Source: Hyphochytrium catenoides
Lineage: Eukaryota > Protista > Hyphochytriomycota
DNA length: 64,000 nucleotides
Assembly (NCBI GenBank): GCA_900088475.1
Contig: FLMG01000683.1
Coordinates: 1 to 64,000, forward strand
Reading direction: 5' to 3'
The notes beneath the pieces were generated by a model. It worked only from the letters and a program-made list of their open reading frames with translations, made no database searches and was not told the DNA's origin. Position numbers and translations under genes: made by a program. Below are positions 60,501 through 64,000 of this stretch, one piece after another. Numbering within the stretch: position 1 is the first letter of the stretch; each line of letters starts with the position of its first letter.

Positions 60501-61140
60501 CGCTCATTGTGCAGGTATCAAAGACGGCATGGCAGTTTTCGCTGGTCTGCGGCTACTCGCTTTACATTGTGTTGCTTCCTCCAGAAAGCACAACATTGTT
60601 TCTCACAATGGCCAACTCTCTCTCCGATTGTGAATCAGATGTGACCACCATTGCTCCCGCTCTCCCGAACCTCAAGTGCCTCGACCTTCGGATGAATCCA
60701 GTGTGTTCGGTAGGATTCCTCTTCCCCTCGCTTTGGCGTTCACTAGGCGCTCTCGCTAGCTCTTCCTCGTGCTGTCCCCTTGTAGCGTAATGTTCACCTA
60801 GACCCCGGAGTATTGGGCGTGTCATTGCTCCTCTGCCCTTTCACCTCGTCCGCTCTCCTTGTCACTAAGGGACTCTTAGAGTACTTTCTGTTACTGCTGC
60901 GTTAGGGTGTTCTTAGCAGGTTGTCGCCCCTCCGTTATCTTTGGAGACTCCCTAACAACTGACTTTCCTAGTCCCGAGCCTATCCCCGACCGTTGATCAA
61001 GGCCTTTCGGACTCTAAGTATGTTGGACGGACAAGACGTTCAAGAACGAGGAAGAGAGGACCTAGCTACGGAGATCACCGTGGATTTGGTCCTCAAGCAC
61101 TCCAAATGTATATAACATCTATACTGTCCTTTCTCTCTCT

Positions 61141-61176
<36 letters not shown>

Positions 61177-64000
61177 TGCCTTTCTCCTTTTCACTTCCAT
61201 TGCTTCGCCTCTCTCGTTCTCTCTTCTTGATTATACAAAAATATACACGCGTGCCCACTCTCTTCCACCCTTTCTCAACTCCTGAATCCCACTCGACTTC
61301 ACCATATCCTCTAAGACATTCTGCCATTATAGTTTATGAGGAGGATACGGCGGATACCTCTTCCCATGACAAGGTAAGCAGCAGCCCGAGCGCGTCATGG
61401 AACCAGCCTTAATAAGTCTTCTTCCCTCGCTTGTTAGGCGGAGCTCTCTGCAGTTCTCTCTGTAAACCTTTCCAAGCTCCGCATCTCCCGGTTGGAGAGT
61501 CTTCCTTGTCTGCCTCGGGCCCAGAAGCTGCGACTCTCTTATAATGAGATCGAGGATATACCAGTCATTGCTACCTGCCAAGAACTGCAGGAGCTCTTCT
61601 TGGTAACTTTCTCTCTGCCATATATGCACCGTCTTGCCTTGCCTATTTTCTTCCCTTGTCTCTCGCTTCACTCTCTTCCATTCCCTCTCTCTCTCTCCTA
61701 AACAGCTGTAGCATGGACAATGTCTTCTGCCGGTCCTTGTCTTCAATCCTCTTCTTCCATCATAGACCATACATATCAAGACTCCTCTCTACTATGTTGT
61801 CACGTGTCGAATCTGCTCTCCTAGATCATTTCTGACCCTTCTGTGCACTCTATGTAGGATCACAATTCTCTTGAGTCTATCTCCGGCCTGCAGGTCTTTG
61901 AGAAGCTTCGTATTCTAGAGTTAGGGCACAACCGCCTGACGTCTCTCCTCTCCTTGCAGCCGCTCACCGCCCTTGTATCGGTAAGTCCGTCCTCCTCTTT
62001 TCTTGTTCCCCCTTTCTCTCTCTTTCGTCTCGTTCAGAAAGAACTCCTTCACTTCGCAGTGACCAAGAAGTTCTTCAATTCGCTTTACTGACACGCCATG
62101 TGCCTCGCTTCTGTCTTTGTTCTATGGAAACAGTTGAGCTTGGAGGACAACCATCTCTCTTCTCTCGCGGGCTTGCAGGCTCTGCTGAACTTGTCAGAGC
62201 TTTACCTGGCAAACAACAAGATATGTTCCTTGCAAGAAGTTCAGGTGCATAAATCTTGCCAATCGCTCTTCACTTCTCTGGCCATGACCTCGGTTGCTAC
62301 ATTGCTCACTTTCCTTGATGTGATGTAGTCCTAGCCCCTTATCTCCTCACAACCGTCCTGTTATACACCTCGCTTGGCTTTTTCTCTCGCAAACTTCCTC
62401 TGCCTCTCTCTCGTTGGGTCGCTTCTCTCCCGCTTTCTCTGTTATATGTTGTCTCTCTGCCTTCCTCTGTCGGCCTGTGACTCTTGAATCTGAACCATTC
62501 GCGGCCTTCAGCATCTCAAGGAGCTAAACAAGCTGTGCATCTTGGACCTGAGTGGCAATCCTCTGACAAGGGAAGAGAACTACCGCAGTTATTGTGTCTA
62601 TTACCTTAAGAAACTCAAAGTCTTGGATTCCATAACTGTCACGTCAGAAGGTAGAGAAACTCGACTCCCCGCCGCTCCGCTCTCTCTTCTCGTACCCCTG
62701 GGACTACCGAGGACACTCTTCGCGTAAACCGCTCTTGTCTCTCTCATAATTTCCTCTGTTGCTCTGTTCCTCACTGTCTCTTTTCCGCCTGACTCTCTCT
62801 CTCACTCCCTGTCTGTCTGTGTGTGTGTCTCTCTCTCTCTGTCTATTTGTCTCTCTTCACCTGGTTCTTACAGAGCAATGCGGTGCCCGAGAGCGGTACA
62901 GCGGGCGCCTCACTTTGGAGTGGCTTGGAGAATACCTTCCAGGTGTCACTTTATCTGGCCTTACCACGCTCAACCTCCAGAACTGCAAACTTAGGGAACT
63001 GGACAGCATCAAAGGGTAAATGGAGCCTGCCTCGGTTAACCATGCTTATCTCCTCCCTTTCTCTGCACGTTTGCACGATGAGTACCCTTAGGTCTAAGAC
63101 AACATCTCCGTAGCTGGCCTTCAACTCTCCTTCACCTACCCAGTACAGATAGCTGTGTCCCTTCGTCTATCGCGCTTTCCCTTCTCCTCTATTCTTCCAA
63201 CTCTATCTCTTTTCATATGTTGCCTCTAGCACTCTCAAGCTCAGCCTTCAATGTAAAAAGGTTTCTCTTGCTAGCTTAGCGGCCAGATCTGAAGCATTTT
63301 CACGCTCACGCTCTCTTTCTCTCTCGCTCTCAGTGTACACTTTCCATCGCTGACCGCCTTGGATCTGAGCTATAACATGATCAGCGGAATAGATGCAGTG
63401 GAAGAGCTGAGCAACCTCTTGGTACAAGCGATTTCGTCCGCTTCTCTATTTTTATATCAGCTCCTGGCTCGTCTCTATCTCTGTCATCCTCCTGCCCGGT
63501 ATCTGTTTGAGGATCTTTCGCTGTTTAATCCTTCCCCGCTGCGGAGCGCCCATACTATTGTTCATCCCTGACCAGCGCGCCGCTCCAGCTTCTGATGTGT
63601 GTCTTTCTCTCCTTGCCCTGCTTTTCGACACGATACACGATACAGGTGCTGAATCTCAGCCACAATTGGGTGGAAAGTCTCTTTCTCCCTCTGAGGGTAG
63701 ATAGCACGCCTCCTCGTCCATCCTCTCCATCCTATCCCCGCACAGGGGTGGCGGCTTGTCCATCTCTCCGCTCTCTCTTTCTGTCGCATAATCAGATCAT
63801 GGACGTAGCCGCGTTAGGGCTGTACTTTCTACCGGAGCTGGAGGTAAGAGAAAGACATGGGCACTGTGAGAAGAAGAGGCTCAGCACAGAGTTAAGGGCA
63901 ACAGCCAAGGAAGAGCACCATTGAAATTAGCCTGTTCCTGCAGATATCCTCTCTTCATCTTCACTCTGTCTCGCAAACCCACTCTCTGAGGAAAGCCCTC
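52692..64000 (+). CDS. LRRC9: LRRC9-like leucine-rich repeat protein; many exons, start uncertain, truncated at the window end
   Basis: SDS22-type repeats (LESLWLNENRI, LRELNLSDN, LSELYLANNKI); LRRcap NPICSINNYR...LQYLD and GNPLTREENYRSY...LKVLD; RKRMYYNMKMK, ELETCGNV and LVPEFIIEYEY match LRRC9 as I recall it. Confidence 0.85.

Noticed and set aside
1-64000. Stop-codon reassignment (TAA/TAG read as Gln)
   Set aside because: Conserved genes have no internal TAA/TAG and end with them (ATM1 TAA, CPSF3 TAG, TAD3 TAG). In-frame stops are confined to decayed sequence.
1-64000. tRNA, rRNA, CRISPR or telomeric arrays
   Set aside because: No cloverleaf, rRNA signature, spaced repeat or telomere array was seen; tRNAscan-SE and Infernal were not run.

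Overview
Eukaryotic nuclear DNA with GT-AG introns (CTAAC/CTGAC-type branch points), many (CT)n/(GA)n tracts and two N gaps. Genes end in TAA, TAG or TGA, which fits the standard genetic code. Twelve protein-coding genes are recognisable: an EF-hand LPCAT-type acyltransferase, ATM1/ABCB7, CPSF3/YSH1, TAD3/ADAT3, a stand-alone GlmU-like hexapeptide-repeat protein, an unknown membrane protein, an F-box/zinc-finger protein, a membrane-anchored DnaJ protein, a CPBP (Abi/Rce1) protease, MSH4, TMEM161 and an LRRC9-like gene that runs off the right edge. Two transposon-rich blocks are present: scrambled Ty3/Gypsy fragments at about 1.3-7 kb, and at about 26-35 kb a Gypsy integrase remnant plus an integrase-deleted Ty1/Copia element with a half-tRNA (Hemivirus-type) primer site. 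The strongest leads are (1) a spliceable thioredoxin-like N-terminal segment of the acyltransferase with an in-frame TGA in a U-x-x-C context, where a competing splice donor overlapping that TGA could remove it; (2) an intronless F-box protein that appears fused to ubiquitin-binding motifs and a cullin N-terminal repeat; (3) a bacterial-type GlmU-like acyltransferase with a possible bipartite plastid presequence. The organism is probably a flagellated, meiosis-capable protist, possibly with a secondary plastid (inference). All gene models were built by eye, so exon limits and some start codons are approximate.
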